DNA of 64,000 nucleotides, taken from the NCBI GenBank assembly GCA_040386535.1, contig JAZKFH010000010.1:32001-96000 (forward strand), given 5' to 3'. The notes under the pieces are model-generated. The model ran no database searches. It worked only from the letters and a program-made list of their open reading frames with translations, and was not told the DNA's origin. Positions 1-9,722 of this stretch are shown piece by piece. Origin of the DNA: Myxococcota bacterium. GTDB taxonomy: Bacteria > Myxococcota_A > UBA796 > SXON01. The first letter of the stretch is position 1. Every line of letters starts with the position of its first letter. The position numbers were made by a program, and so were the translations under genes.

Positions 1-658
1 GATCGAGCCGCCCGGTCGGCACGTTCGAGTTCTCGAGCGCGAGCGCCTGGCTCACCTGCGCCACGGTGAGCCCCCAGCGCGAGAGCTTCTCCGCGGAGAG
101 CTGCACCTGGATCTCCCGCTCCTCGCCGCCGCGGACGGTGATCGCCGCGACGCCGTCCGAGCGCTCCAGGATGGGCTTGATCACGTCGTCCGCGAGGGCG
201 CGCACGGAGCGGGCGTCGGCGTCGCCGGAGAGTACGAGCGACATGACGGGCGCCGCGGACGGGTCCAGCCGCATGTAGGACGACTCTTCGACCTGGTCCG
301 GCATGGCGCGGTGCGCGGCGGTGGCGCGGTCGCGCACGTCCACGTTCGCCATCTTCACGTCGGTGCCGATGTCGAACATCACGATGATGAGCGACACGCC
401 CTCGCGCGAGTAGGACCGGACCGAGTCCACCCCTTCGAGCGAACCGACCGCGTCCTCGATGGGACGGGTCACGATCTGCTCGACCTCCTCGGGGCCCGCG
501 CCCGGGTACGGCGTCGTGACCGTGACGATGGGGAACGAGATGTCCGGGAACATGTCGACGCCGAGCCGGCTGTAGCCGACCATCCCGAGGATCATCATCG
601 CGACCATCACCATGGTCGTGAAGACGGGGCGCTTGATGGCGATGTCGCTGATGTTCAC
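1..658 (-). CDS. AcrB/AcrD/AcrF-family RND efflux transporter, N-terminal part (runs off the window start)
   Basis: Not in the ORF track. The reverse strand from GTG at 658 reads MNISDIAIKRPVFTTMVMV...FPDISFPIVTVTTPYPGAGPEEVEQIVTRPIEDAV, a typical RND N-terminus. GTGA overlap with the upstream MFP stop. Confidence 0.93.
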   Translation of the reverse strand, partial: MNISDIAIKRPVFTTMVMVAMMILGMVGYSRLGVDMFPDISFPIVTVTTPYPGAGPEEVEQIVTRPIEDAVGSLEGVDSVRSYSREGVSLIIVMFDIGTDVKMANVDVRDRATAAHRAMPDQVEESSYMRLDPSAAPVMSLVLSGDADARSVRALADDVIKPILERSDGVAAITVRGGEEREIQVQLSAEKLSRWGLTVAQVSQALALENSNVPTGRLD

Positions 659-1800
659 GAGGGCACCGTCGCGACCGCGGCGGGCGCCGCCGGCTTCCCA
701 CCCGGGACGCGCGGGGTGACGGCCGCGCCGTCGGTGAGGAAGGTCTGCCCGGCGACCACGACGGTCGCGCCGGCGGGGAGGCCCTCGGTCTCGATCCAGT
801 CGCCGTCGCGGAGGCCGGGGCGCACGGGGGTGCGACGCGCGACGGTGCCGTCGACCACGTAGACATAGGCGCCCTCGTCCCCTTCGAGCACCGCGCGCGC
901 GGGCACGGCGACGGCGCCGGGGCGCTGGCCGAGCAGGAGCACGGCGGTGGCGGTGCCGTGCGGGAGGAGCCCGGCGGCGGGGCCGAGCTCGATGACCACC
1001 TCGGCCTTGCGGCTCTGCGCGTCGAGCGCCGGAGACACCGTCCGCACCGAGGCGGTGGGGAGATCCGCGGCGTGATCGCTCACGACGGTCACGGCGCCGC
1101 CGGCCACGAGGCGGGCGGCGGTTCGCTCGTCCACCGAGACCACGAGCTCGAGCGCGCCGAGATCCTGGACGACGAACGCGGCCACGCCGGTGCTCACCAT
1201 GCGGCCCACGTCGGTCGCGCGGCGGGTCACCACGCCGTCGATCGGGCTGCGCAGTGTCGCGTCCGCGAGCCGCTCGCGGGCCAAACCGAGCGCCGCCTTG
1301 GCCTGGAGGACCTGCGCCTCGGACGACAACGAGCGGCTCTTCGCCGCGACGAGCTGCGCGTCGGTCACGCCGCCGACACCGGCCACGGCCTGCGACACGT
1401 CGTAGTCGCGGAGCGCCGTGTCGCGGCCGGCCTCGGCCATCGCGAGCGAGGCCTGCGCCTGCTCGACCTGGAGCGAGGCGTCGCGCGACTCCAGGCGCGC
1501 CAGCACGTCACCCTTGCGGACCTGCGTCCCGACGTCCACGAGGAGCGCCTCGACGCGGCCGGGCACATCCGCCACCACGTCCGCCTCGTGGCGGGCGCGC
1601 AGCGACCCCGCGATCCGCACGGTCTCCACGAGATCGCGGGGGGCCGCCACCATCACGTCCACCGGGACGGAGACGGCCACCGCCGTGGCCTCCGCGGCGT
1701 CGTCCCGGCGCGTCACCGACTCGCCCACGCGCCATGCCGTCAGCCCACACAGAGCGGCGCTCCCCAACAGGATGCCACCGACCAGGACCATGCGTTTCAT
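655..1800 (-). CDS. RND efflux periplasmic adaptor (membrane fusion protein)
   Basis: Real start MKRMVLVGG at 1800 (ATGA overlap with the TetR stop). N-terminal TM, lipoyl-like GRVEALLVDVGTQVRKGDVLARL, helical hairpin, LRSPIDGVV, AVPARAV. Confidence 0.92.
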   Translation of the reverse strand: MKRMVLVGGILLGSAALCGLTAWRVGESVTRRDDAAEATAVAVSVPVDVMVAAPRDLVETVRIAGSLRARHEADVVADVPGRVEALLVDVGTQVRKGDVLARLESRDASLQVEQAQASLAMAEAGRDTALRDYDVSQAVAGVGGVTDAQLVAAKSRSLSSEAQVLQAKAALGLARERLADATLRSPIDGVVTRRATDVGRMVSTGVAAFVVQDLGALELVVSVDERTAARLVAGGAVTVVSDHAADLPTASVRTVSPALDAQSRKAEVVIELGPAAGLLPHGTATAVLLLGQRPGAVAVPARAVLEGDEGAYVYVVDGTVARRTPVRPGLRDGDWIETEGLPAGATVVVAGQTFLTDGAAVTPRVPGGKPAAPAAVATVPS

Positions 1801-2426
1801 ACGGAAGCTCCACGGGCACGGGCCCCGTCCAGGAAGAGGCGGCAGATGAAGGCGGGCGCGTCCGCCACGGGCCCTGCGGGTCCGAACAGGGCCCACTTGT
1901 TGAAGCTCTCCAGGATCCCCGAGAGGGCGAGGACCATCGGGAGGCGCTCGCCGGGGGCGAAGGTCCCTGCCTCCTGGCCGACGCGGAGCACCCCGTCGAT
2001 CGTGGCGAAGTAGCGCTGGCCGAACGCGCGCATCCGGGCGCCCTGCTCCCCCTCGATCGACGGGAAGTTCCCTGGCGCGGCGAGGAACACCTTCACGACG
2101 GGGAGGTTCTCGAGGTGCGTGTCGTGGATGGTGCGCACCAGCGCCGCGAGCATCTCCTCGAACGCGAGGCCCGAGGCCGGGAGCGCCTCGAGCTCCTCGA
2201 AGAGGGGCTCCGCCAGCTCCGTCATCAGGACCTCGATCAGCTCCTCCTTCGAGCGGAAGTGCCGGTAGATCGAGCCTACGGCGAACTCGGCCTCCCGCGC
2301 GACCTGCTCGACGGTGAGGCCCTCGATGCCGCGTGCCGCGAGGATCTTGCGCGCCGCGTCGAGGATCTCCTGCCGGTGGCGGAGACGCTCGCGCTCGCGG
2401 CGGGGGAGCTTGTCGGGTTGGTCCAT
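1797..2426 (-). CDS. TetR/AcrR family transcriptional regulator
   Basis: RQEILDAARKILAARGIEGLTVEQVAREAEFAVGSIYRHFRSKEEL HTH. The start is probably the ATG at 2426. Confidence 0.93.
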   Translation of the reverse strand: MDQPDKLPRRERERLRHRQEILDAARKILAARGIEGLTVEQVAREAEFAVGSIYRHFRSKEELIEVLMTELAEPLFEELEALPASGLAFEEMLAALVRTIHDTHLENLPVVKVFLAAPGNFPSIEGEQGARMRAFGQRYFATIDGVLRVGQEAGTFAPGERLPMVLALSGILESFNKWALFGPAGPVADAPAFICRLFLDGARARGASV

Positions 2427-2447
2427 GAGTGAGCCGTCCTTCTTGAC

Positions 2448-2462
2448 GTGAATGACGTTCAC
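2448..2462. promoter_or_regulatory. Candidate TetR operator (inverted repeat GTGAA-N5-TTCAC)
   Basis: Perfect 5-bp inverted repeat between the divergent tetR and tolC-like starts, next to a TTGACG -35-like hexamer. Confidence 0.4.
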
Positions 2463-3798
2463 ACATTACCTGGCGGGCTCACGGATGCAAGGCATGCCTC
2501 ATCTCACGAGCCGCTCGTTCATCGGGTGGATGGCCCTCACCCTCACGTCGTTCGTCGCGGGGCCCGCGCTGGCCGAGGTCCCGGTGGTGACCCTGGAAGA
2601 GGCCCTCCTGCTCGCCGAGACCCGCACGCCCGGCGTCCACGCGGCCGAGGCCGGCGTCGAGGCCGCCCAGGCGCAGCTGAACGGGTCGTGGGCGTCCCGG
2701 CTGCCGTCGCTCTCGGTCTCCGGGAACGTGCTCATCTACCCGGAGGAGCAGGTGCTCGAGCTGGCGCCCGGGCAGGAGCTGGTGGTCCGGGAGCAGGTCA
2801 CGTCGAGCATCACCGCGCGGGCGTCGCTGCCGCTCACCGGGCAGTTCGCCATCGATCGGCAGGTCGCCGCGGCGAAGGCAGGCCGGGACGCGGGGCTCGC
2901 CTCGCGCCACGCCGCCGTGCTCGATGCGCGCTGGCGCGCGGAGGACGCGTGGTACGCGGCGCTCCAGGCCGAGCGGCAATTCGCGAACGCGGAAGCGCAG
3001 CAGAAGAGCCTCGACACGCGCGTACGCACCGCGCAGGCGACCCACGCGGCGGGCGCCCTCACCCGGAACGACCTGCTGCTCGCCGAGCTCGCGCTCGCGC
3101 AGGCGAAGCAGGGCGTGCTCCAGCTGGAAGCCGGGCGGGACGCGGCCTACGGCGCCCTGGGCCTCGCGATCGGCACGCTCGACGAGCCGGCGCGCCCGGG
3201 AGAGGCCCCCGCCGAGGCGCCCCGCGTGCCCCCCGAGCTGGCCGATCTTGCCGAGCGCGCGGTGAGCACGCGCCCCGATCTCGTCGCGCTCCGCCACCGG
3301 GTCGACGCGTCGCGCGCCTCCGCCGCCGCGCAGTCCTGGAGCCGCCTCCCCTCGGTGTCCGCGATGGCCGTGTACCAACATGCCGAGGGCAACGGCCTGT
3401 TCGGCGAGCCGGACACGATGTACGCCGGCGCCACGCTGGATTGGACCGTGTGGGCGTGGGGCAAGTCGGCCGCCGGCGTGCGCGCGGCCAAGGCGGGGAC
3501 CACCCAGATCGCCGCGCAGCTCGAAGCGGCCGAAGCCGGCGCGCGTCTCGAAGTGCGGACGCGCGCGCGTTCGCTCGCCGCGGCGGTGGCGGGGTGGGAG
3601 GTCGCGAAGGGCAGCATCGCGCAGGCAGAGGAGAACCTGAAGATCCAGGAAGCCCGCCAGCAAGCCGGGAGCGGCACGATGCAGGAGGTGCTCGACGCGG
3701 AGGTGGCGCTGCTCCGCGCCCGCTCCAACGAGGCCACCGCGCTCTACGATGCGTGGCGTGCGGACGCGGCGCTGCAGCGGGCGGCCGGGGCGGAGTGA
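2452..3798 (+). CDS. TolC-family outer membrane efflux protein
   Basis: Signal peptide ending ALA, LTLEEAL, RLPSLS/RLPSVS repeats, RPDL, GTMQEVLDAE. Divergent from the RND genes. The real start may be 2485 or 2494. Confidence 0.9.
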   Translation: MTFTHYLAGSRMQGMPHLTSRSFIGWMALTLTSFVAGPALAEVPVVTLEEALLLAETRTPGVHAAEAGVEAAQAQLNGSWASRLPSLSVSGNVLIYPEEQVLELAPGQELVVREQVTSSITARASLPLTGQFAIDRQVAAAKAGRDAGLASRHAAVLDARWRAEDAWYAALQAERQFANAEAQQKSLDTRVRTAQATHAAGALTRNDLLLAELALAQAKQGVLQLEAGRDAAYGALGLAIGTLDEPARPGEAPAEAPRVPPELADLAERAVSTRPDLVALRHRVDASRASAAAQSWSRLPSVSAMAVYQHAEGNGLFGEPDTMYAGATLDWTVWAWGKSAAGVRAAKAGTTQIAAQLEAAEAGARLEVRTRARSLAAAVAGWEVAKGSIAQAEENLKIQEARQQAGSGTMQEVLDAEVALLRARSNEATALYDAWRADAALQRAAGAE

Positions 3799-3961
3799 GG
3801 GGTCCGCCGGGGCGACTTACGACCAACTGTTCCACTCCTGTGCGAGAACACACGGTGAGCGACGGAACGATCGGTAGCGTTTGTGTTTACACCGCCGGTG
3901 TGTGTGAAGTGACCCACATCACGGCGGTCCGGACGCGCTAGAGGAGGGCAACTCCCCGGAG

Positions 3962-6007
3962 TTGTTCTTTCCAATGGCGACTCCGCCCGTGCTTTTTTGC
4001 GCGCGACGACGCATTCTCCCCGTGCTGATGCTCGCGTGGGCGAGCACGTCCGCCTCCTGCCTGGTGGACGAGGAGTGGCCCGGCGAAGACAGCCGCCCGC
4101 TCACGCCGGGGGCCACCGCAGCGGGCGGGCTCGAGGGCGTCGTCACCGACGCGGACGGCGCGCCCGTCCCCTCCGCCCTCGTCACGACCGACCCGCGCGG
4201 CATGGAGACCGTCGCCGCGGTGGACGGCAGCTTCCGGTTCGACCGGCTCCTGCCCGACGCCTACCGCGTCGTCGCGAACGCCCCCGGGTTTGTGCCCACC
4301 ACCTCCGCCGAGGTCACCGTGCTCGCCGGCGAGATCACCCCCCTCGACGTGCGGCTCGGCCCCGCCCCCGTGGTGGATGGCGTCCTGTACCTTCGCGTCG
4401 CCGGCCCCGACGACCTCCCGTGGACCGGCGCCGTCGTCACCGCCGTCGCGGACACGACGACCGTGACCGGCACGACCGATGCCGCGGGGGAGCTCACCCT
4501 GTACGGGCTCGCCGGCCTCGTGGTGGACGTGACCGTCGCCGAGCCGACGGACCGGCTCTGGCCGCGCACCACCACCGACGTGAGCGTCCCCATGCTCGGC
4601 GGCGCCGAGCTCGCCTTCACCCTCTCCGGCCGCGCCGCGGAGGGCACCCGCGAGGTCGGGACCCGGCTCTGCGCGATGTGCCACGCCGACACCGCCGCGA
4701 GCCTCGCCGAGACCGCGCACGGCCGCGCGCTGAGCGAGGTCGAGGGCGCGCCCGCGATCGGCTTCGACGGCGGCACGACGATCGACCTCGGCGGGCCCAC
4801 CGCCACGCTCGGCCGCGTCGACGGCGAGCCCGTCGTTCGCTTCGATGCCACCGACGGCTCGTCCGAGACCTGGATCGTGCTCGGCCTGATCGGAGGCGCC
4901 GAACGGGGCGCGGTCCCGTGGACCGAGCGGGACGGCGTCGCCTGGTCGCTGCCGGTCGCCTGGGTCGCCGCCGACCCCACCCGCCCCGGCTGGTCCGACG
5001 GCGGCTGGGTCATGGCCGCCGCCGGCATGGAGGGCTGGTTCACCGCGGATGGCACGTTCGAAGGTGCGCCCGATCCCGCCGGCGCCGCCGAGCCCGCCTG
5101 CTTCGGCTGCCACGTCACCGGGTTCACCCTCGACGTGGGCTCCGACGGAGGCGTCTCCATGGTCGCCGCGTCCGGCGCCGACGCGCGCTGGGACGAGCCC
5201 GGCGTGGGCTGCGAGCGCTGCCACGGCGCCGGGGAGGACCACACCAGCGGCCCGCTCTCCGAGAAGCCGCTCCGCATCACCAACCCCGCCCACCTCGACA
5301 CCGACCGCGCGAACGACGTGTGTGGCCAGTGCCACGCCGCGCTCGACGGCGCCGAGGACACACCCTACGCCTGGCGTGACACCCACGCGTTGTTCCAACC
5401 CGGCGAGGCCCTCGCCATCCCCTCTGCCTACACGGGCTGGAGCTCGGGTGCGGCCAACGTCCCCGGCGCCGAGTCCGACGAATTGGCCCGGTCCACGCAC
5501 GCGACCGGCGGCTGGTCGGCGCGCTGCACCGACTGCCACGATCCACACGGCTCCACGATCGCCGCCGATCTGCACCAGGAGCACCTGGACAACACGCTGT
5601 GTGTGTCGTGTCACGGCGCGTTGAGCTTCGACCGCTCCGAGGCGGCCATCGCCGACCACGCCGGCCATGCCCTCTACCAACCCGGGGAGGCGCCCGGCGC
5701 CGGCCGGTGCACCGGCTGTCACATGCCGCTCACCGCCGCCCGATCGGCGTGGCGGGAGAGCTCGGGCGCGGGAGACCTCGCCAGCCACCGCTTCGTCGCC
5801 ATCTCCCCGGCCGACTCGCTCGCCGCCTTCGACGCCGCCGGGGTGGACACCCTGGCCGCCGGCGCGTTCTCCCCCAACGCCTGCCAGGAATGCCACGCCT
5901 GGAACGACGCGCTCCTGGATGGTGCGTTCCCGGGCCCCGCGGGTGACATGAACGAGCGCGCGACGCACGAGGCGCTCGAGTCGGCGTTCGACGGGATGTT
6001 CCCATGA
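3962..6007 (+). CDS. Octaheme c-type cytochrome (probable lipoprotein) with N-terminal carboxypeptidase-regulatory-like beta-sandwich domains
   Basis: 8 CxxCH (CAMCH, CFGCH, CERCH, CGQCH, CTDCH, CVSCH, CTGCH, CQECH). GVVTDADGAPVPSALV...DGSFRFDRL...YRVVANAPGF motif. Possible lipobox ASC. Start uncertain (3962/3974/4028). Confidence 0.88.
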   Translation: MFFPMATPPVLFCARRRILPVLMLAWASTSASCLVDEEWPGEDSRPLTPGATAAGGLEGVVTDADGAPVPSALVTTDPRGMETVAAVDGSFRFDRLLPDAYRVVANAPGFVPTTSAEVTVLAGEITPLDVRLGPAPVVDGVLYLRVAGPDDLPWTGAVVTAVADTTTVTGTTDAAGELTLYGLAGLVVDVTVAEPTDRLWPRTTTDVSVPMLGGAELAFTLSGRAAEGTREVGTRLCAMCHADTAASLAETAHGRALSEVEGAPAIGFDGGTTIDLGGPTATLGRVDGEPVVRFDATDGSSETWIVLGLIGGAERGAVPWTERDGVAWSLPVAWVAADPTRPGWSDGGWVMAAAGMEGWFTADGTFEGAPDPAGAAEPACFGCHVTGFTLDVGSDGGVSMVAASGADARWDEPGVGCERCHGAGEDHTSGPLSEKPLRITNPAHLDTDRANDVCGQCHAALDGAEDTPYAWRDTHALFQPGEALAIPSAYTGWSSGAANVPGAESDELARSTHATGGWSARCTDCHDPHGSTIAADLHQEHLDNTLCVSCHGALSFDRSEAAIADHAGHALYQPGEAPGAGRCTGCHMPLTAARSAWRESSGAGDLASHRFVAISPADSLAAFDAAGVDTLAAGAFSPNACQECHAWNDALLDGAFPGPAGDMNERATHEALESAFDGMFP

Positions 6008-6774
6008 TGGTGCTGCTCCTGATCGGGTGCGGGCTCGCCCCGACCAACTCGCCCACGGGCGCGATCCAATTCCCCCACGCCGCCGACTACGAGGCGGGCG
6101 CCGTGCACGGCCCCGAGACGACGGCGGCGGGCGCGGCGACGTGCCTCGGGTGCCATCGCGAGGACAGCGCCACGGGCGACCAGGGCGCGCCCACCTGTGC
6201 GAGCTGCCATGCGGGCTATCCCCACGCCGAAGGCTGGCTCGCCGGCGCCGTGCATGGCACCTTCCCCACCGATCCGGCCTGCCAATCCTGCCACGGTGCC
6301 ACCGGGCTCTCCGCCCCCGCCTGCACCTCGTGCCACGGCAGCTACCCACATCCGCCCGACTGGGCCGAGGCGGGCCAGCACGGCGCCTGGACCCTCGCCC
6401 GCGGCTCGGCGACCGCCTCCTGCGGCGCGTGCCACGGCGCCGATCTCGCCGGCGCCGCCACGGCCCCCTCGTGCACCAGTTGCCACGTCGGCTTTCCGCA
6501 CCCGGCCGGGTGGAGCGCGGGCGCCTCCCACGGCGCCGCGGAGCTCACCACCTGCGCGGATTGCCACGGCGCGGCCGGCACGGGTGGCACCAGCGGCGTC
6601 GCGTGCGCCCAATGCCACGCCACCTACCCGCACGCCGAGGGTTGGCTCGCCGGGCACCTCCCGGTCGCGGACAAGGTGGGCGAGGCGGTGTGTCTCGGCT
6701 GCCACGCGGCTGGCGACGGCCCCGCCGCGATGCCCGCCGCGTGTGGCGCCACCTGCCACGGGGGCACGCCATGA
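6004..6774 (+). CDS. Small repetitive decaheme c-type cytochrome lipoprotein
   Basis: Lipobox LIGC. 9 CxxCH plus a terminal CGATCH. Repeated (F/Y)PH...W...HG modules. ATGA overlap with the upstream gene. Confidence 0.9.
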   Translation: MMVLLLIGCGLAPTNSPTGAIQFPHAADYEAGAVHGPETTAAGAATCLGCHREDSATGDQGAPTCASCHAGYPHAEGWLAGAVHGTFPTDPACQSCHGATGLSAPACTSCHGSYPHPPDWAEAGQHGAWTLARGSATASCGACHGADLAGAATAPSCTSCHVGFPHPAGWSAGASHGAAELTTCADCHGAAGTGGTSGVACAQCHATYPHAEGWLAGHLPVADKVGEAVCLGCHAAGDGPAAMPAACGATCHGGTP

Positions 6775-7967
6775 TGCTGCTCGTGTGGGCACCGCTGACC
6801 TGGGCCGCCGCGCCGGAGGCCGTCACGACCACCGTCGTGCAGGCCCGCCCGGACACCCTCGGCGCCCCCTTCGTGGCGGCGTGGCAGTCCGCGTCGGGCA
6901 CCTGGGATCTCGGCGGCGCGCGGCTGGAGGGCTACGGCGAGGTCGGGTGGCCGGCCGGGGTCGACTCGCCCGTGGTCCCCGAGATCTACGTGCTCACGGC
7001 CGACGGCGGCGCGGCGCGGATCGATTGGACGCTCGGGCGCCAGCGGATCGAGCTGCCCACCTGGGGCCGCCTGCTCGATGGCGGGCGCTTCGCGTGGTCG
7101 CCCTCGGACGTGGTGCGCCTGGAGGTGTGGGCCGGGCAAGCGCGCCACGTCGGGCTCGACGGCCTCACGTCGGGCGCCCCCCTCGCGCGGGTGGCCGCAA
7201 CGGTCTCCGCGGGCGACTGGTTCGGCGTGGCGGGCGTTTGGGCCGAAGCAGGGCCCAAGCTCACCAAGGGCGGCGCGCTGCACCCCGACCTTCGCCTGCG
7301 TTGGCGGAGCACGAACGTGCCCCTCCGGCCCGACATCACCGCGCTCGGATCGCTGGGGATCGCCGGCGGGGCCACCGTCGTCGAGCGCGCCCGCGTCGAG
7401 GTGATGGTGCGCCCCGCGGCCGGCGTCCGCGCGCGGCTGCACGCCGAGCACCGCCAATCGGCCCACGGTGCCGCCCCGCTCGGCCCGGCGATCCTCACCA
7501 CGTTCGCCCCCGACGGCGCCGACGAGCTCGGCGTGGGCCTCGGGCGCAGCGACGCGCGGCGCGCCGAGCTGTGGGCATCCGTCGCGATGCAGACCTGGAA
7601 GGCGGGGGCGGACCGCGAGTTGGGCGCGCGCGCCGAGGTGGTGTGGCGCCCGACCTGCTCCGCCGAGTCGTGGTGTGTCTCCCCCGCCTGGCACGGCGTG
7701 ACCGGCCCCGGCGGCGTGTACCAATCGTTCGGCGCCTCCACCGCCCTGCCGGTGCCCGAGCCGCTCTTCCTGACGGTGAACGCCGCGGTCATCCCCTACC
7801 GAAAGCCACACTCCCCGTGGGACACCGCGCTGGTGCTCGGCGCCACCGCCGAGGTGCGCCCCACCACGTCGTTCTGGTCGCTCTCCGTAGGCGGCGAGGT
7901 CGCGCGGGACGCGATCGCGCCCGTCGATCCGCGCGCGTGGCTCGCGCTCCGGTTGGAGACCCAATGA
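6771..7967 (+). CDS. Putative outer-membrane beta-barrel porin of a porin-cytochrome complex
   Basis: Real start MMLLVWAPLTWAA at 6771 (ATGA overlap). No heme motif. Many alternating amphipathic Trp/Gly-rich strands and a C-terminal strand RAWLALRLETQ. Sits between cytochrome genes. Confidence 0.65.
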   Translation: MMLLVWAPLTWAAAPEAVTTTVVQARPDTLGAPFVAAWQSASGTWDLGGARLEGYGEVGWPAGVDSPVVPEIYVLTADGGAARIDWTLGRQRIELPTWGRLLDGGRFAWSPSDVVRLEVWAGQARHVGLDGLTSGAPLARVAATVSAGDWFGVAGVWAEAGPKLTKGGALHPDLRLRWRSTNVPLRPDITALGSLGIAGGATVVERARVEVMVRPAAGVRARLHAEHRQSAHGAAPLGPAILTTFAPDGADELGVGLGRSDARRAELWASVAMQTWKAGADRELGARAEVVWRPTCSAESWCVSPAWHGVTGPGGVYQSFGASTALPVPEPLFLTVNAAVIPYRKPHSPWDTALVLGATAEVRPTTSFWSLSVGGEVARDAIAPVDPRAWLALRLETQ

Positions 7968-8593
7968 GCGGACTCCTGCGAACGATGCCCGCCGTGCGCG
8001 CCCTGCTGATCCTCCTGCTCGTGGTGCTGGTGCTCCCGGCGTTCGCCGGAGAGGCCGAACGTGCCGCGATCTTCGCGCGGTTCGACCACGCCGCGCACAC
8101 CCGTCCGATGAAGCGCGCCGACGTTTCTTGCACCGCGTGCCACCAGGTCGGCGCGACCAGCGGCCCGGCCGCCACCCAGACCCAGCTCCGTGAAACGTTC
8201 CTCGTGCCACGCAACGACACGTGTCACACGTGCCACGCGCCGGGCGAGGGCGAGCTCGGCGCCGGCGACGGGATGAACAGCGCGCCCCGGGCCTGCGCCA
8301 CCTGCCACGCCGACGTGCGCGCGCCGGAGTCACACGCCGTCGGCTGGCTTGCGATGCACGGTGGCGAAGCGGCGGTGAGCGCGGTGACCTGCCGCGACTG
8401 CCACACCCGCACCACCTGCGCCGAGTGCCACGATCGGCGCGAGAACGCCACGTCCAAGGTGCACCCATCCTCGTGGCTCACGGTGCACGGCATCGCCGCG
8501 CGCGCCGGCCCCGCGAGTTGTGACAGCTGCCACGTCCAGGCCGAGTGCACCAGCTGCCACGCCTCGGGCGCGGGCTTCGGGCGGTCGCCATGA
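7964..8593 (+). CDS. Periplasmic heptaheme cytochrome c (c3/c7-like start)
   Basis: Start ATG 7964, signal peptide ending AFA, FDHAAH motif, 7 CxxCH. Confidence 0.9.
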   Translation: MSGLLRTMPAVRALLILLLVVLVLPAFAGEAERAAIFARFDHAAHTRPMKRADVSCTACHQVGATSGPAATQTQLRETFLVPRNDTCHTCHAPGEGELGAGDGMNSAPRACATCHADVRAPESHAVGWLAMHGGEAAVSAVTCRDCHTRTTCAECHDRRENATSKVHPSSWLTVHGIAARAGPASCDSCHVQAECTSCHASGAGFGRSP

Positions 8594-8880
8594 GCCGCTT
8601 GGTGGTGGTCGTGCTCTCGGTGTTGGGCGGCTGCGCCGCGCCGGACCCGTGTGCGGACAAGCGCGACCTCTCCAACTCTCCCGCCGGCCTCACGCTCACC
8701 GCGGCCGAACACCCCGCCGGGTGGGGCCGCGCCGAGTGTTTCCAGTGCCACCAGCGCTGGAACGTGCACCAGGACGACTGCATCGACGGCGTGGCGATCG
8801 GCCCCATCGACACCGAGCAGGGCTGCGCGAGCTGCCACGGCGGCAACGGCGTGTCGGCCGATACCGGAGGGGCGCCGTGA
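8590..8880 (+). CDS. Small diheme cytochrome c lipoprotein
   Basis: Start ATG 8590, lipobox LGGC, CFQCH and CASCH. Confidence 0.85.
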   Translation: MSRLVVVVLSVLGGCAAPDPCADKRDLSNSPAGLTLTAAEHPAGWGRAECFQCHQRWNVHQDDCIDGVAIGPIDTEQGCASCHGGNGVSADTGGAP

Positions 8881-9722
8881 GGGTGTTCCTCCTGCTGCTG
8901 GTCCTGCTCGCGATCGTCGCCACGCCGACGCTCCAGGCCTCACCCGGCGCCTCCACGCGGGTCGGGATGAGCCCCCACGGCGCGCCGGGCGCGTGCGCGA
9001 CCTGCCACGCTCCAACGTCGGGCCCCTCCCCCGGCGCCGTGCGGCCGGTCGATGCCACGTGCCGGAGCTGCCACGCCGACGCCGACTCGCACCCCGTCAA
9101 CGTGAAGCCGCGCGACATCGTCATCGCCCCCGGCTTCCCGCTCGAGAACGGGCTGGTGACCTGCGCCACGTGCCACGCCGAGCCCTCCTGCGACGCCGGC
9201 CGCGAGAAGCTCGGGCCCTTCCTGCGCGGCGGCACCCCCGACCGCAAGGTGGAGTTCTGCAACCGGTGCCACGCGCCCACCACGCTGCAGCGGGTGGATC
9301 CGCACCACCCGGCCACGCCCACCGCGGAGGGCGATCCAACGTGCGCGGCCTGCCACAGCGGCAAGCCCGAGGCCGCGGCGCTCCCGGCGGTGGCGCGCCT
9401 TCGCACGGCGCCCGCCGACGCTTGTGTCACGTGTCACCCCGGCCCGGTCCACGCCGGCGCCGCCGAACACGTCGGCAAGGTCCAGGCGCCGCTCTCGGCC
9501 GCGCTCGCCCAGGCGCTGCCCCTCGACACCGGCAACCGTGTCGCGTGCTGGACGTGTCACGACGTGCACGCGCACGGCAGCCCCGCGCCTAGCACCCCCA
9601 GCCCCCTCACCGTAGCGCTCCAGCGCCCCGCCGCGCCCCCCGCCACGGACCACCCCTCGATGCTGGCATTGCCGGCCGCGGACGGCACCCTCTGCCGCGC
9701 CTGCCACGGAAAGGGCCCATGA
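8877..9722 (+). CDS. Periplasmic octaheme cytochrome c
   Basis: GTG start at 8877 (GTGA overlap), signal peptide, 8 CxxCH with HP distal-ligand motifs. Confidence 0.9.
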   Translation: MRVFLLLLVLLAIVATPTLQASPGASTRVGMSPHGAPGACATCHAPTSGPSPGAVRPVDATCRSCHADADSHPVNVKPRDIVIAPGFPLENGLVTCATCHAEPSCDAGREKLGPFLRGGTPDRKVEFCNRCHAPTTLQRVDPHHPATPTAEGDPTCAACHSGKPEAAALPAVARLRTAPADACVTCHPGPVHAGAAEHVGKVQAPLSAALAQALPLDTGNRVACWTCHDVHAHGSPAPSTPSPLTVALQRPAAPPATDHPSMLALPAADGTLCRACHGKGP

